Source of the DNA: Amoebidium appalachense
Lineage: Eukaryota > Protista > Ichthyosporea
Direction: 5' to 3'
DNA: 64,000 bases
NCBI GenBank assembly: GCA_963693365.1
Contig: CAVNZM010000016.1
Span: 5,200,543 to 5,264,542 of the forward strand
Below, piece by piece: positions 53,801-64,000 of the stretch. The notes beneath the pieces are model-generated. The model ran no database searches. It was not told the origin of the DNA and saw nothing but the letters and a program-made list of their open reading frames with translations. A program made the position numbers and the translations under genes. Positions within the stretch are counted from its first letter, which is position 1. Every line of letters begins with the position of its first letter.

Positions 53801-54287
53801 AAAAAAGACATCAGTGCCATACCCGTGCCCCATACTTGAGCAGAAGCAAGTACTAAAGGCTCTGGCAACAGCACTTCGAGGCCCTCAACGGCCACCGTGC
53901 ACTACTTGAAAGAAAAAACGAAAAACTATGATAAATCGATGGCTCTAATAGAGAGCCGCATTTTAAGTCTACTAGAAGTGGTGTTCTGCCGTTTTCTAGA
54001 AATTTTGACCAAGCATCTTCCTAACAGCTCTAAAGCCGCTTTTTGATCGGCATCTAGCGTTAAAAAAAGGTTGTTATAAATATTATAGGCTTTATGGCGA
54101 CATCGGATCCTACTTGTTGAGGGTCTTCCAACAAGAATGCGATCAAAAAAAGAGACAATTTTGATCTTCATTCTTAGCCCTGTCTGCCTGATTTATGTAA
54201 AATTCGTTTTAACCAATAAAACCAACCCTCTCAAAGTTTGCTCCAGAAGACGGATACGTGTCTTCCGGCCCCAGGAGATAAACTCAC

Positions 54288-63721
<9,434 letters not shown>

Positions 63722-64000
63722 CTACAACGAGGGAAGGTTAGGTTTGCCTGTGTGTTCTGATGCGTGCGTGGGGGGCAAGATGGGTGGGGAGAAGGGGGGG
63801 GGGGGGGGGGGGGGGGGACGGGTGGTTATGGTGGTGGTAGATGGAGGAAAGACAGCTTCCGGGAGTGGTGACATGAAAATTAATCGTTTTTGTTCGCCGC
63901 TTGCTGTCACAGTGGATGCCATTGGGTGGGTATGGGTGTTACTGGGTGTGTGTGGGTCTGTGTGTGGGTGTGGGACGGATGTGTGTGGGACGGATGTGGG

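Overview
Eukaryotic genomic DNA with many introns, packed with (CA)n/(GT)n, (GA)n and poly-C/poly-G tracts, so most ORFs in the supplied track are microsatellite artefacts. The gene complement suggests an opisthokont, possibly a unicellular holozoan (inference only). Splicing exons by hand (GT-AG sites, phase-checked) gives six protein-coding genes: an orphan 7-TM GPCR-like gene (+, 4945-8501); an EDR2/DUF1336-domain gene (-, about 14114-21346); an intronless Cj0069-family ATP-grasp gene (+, 23638-24780); sepiapterin reductase (-, 27968-37577); GTP cyclohydrolase I (+, 41776-48300); and a MATE transporter (-, running off the right edge). The main finding is that the GTP cyclohydrolase I is fused in frame to an N-terminal SR-protein-type RRM. 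It sits head-to-head with sepiapterin reductase, pairing the first and last enzymes of tetrahydrobiopterin synthesis, and is flanked by the ATP-grasp ligase and the MATE exporter: a candidate eukaryotic pterin gene cluster with an RNA-binding enzyme. Also present: a 5'-truncated LINE and two of its 3' fragments, a Tourist-like MITE with TTA target duplication, a foldback palindrome, and a dispersed or tandem intronic repeat with a covarying hairpin that reads host-sense in every intronic copy found.
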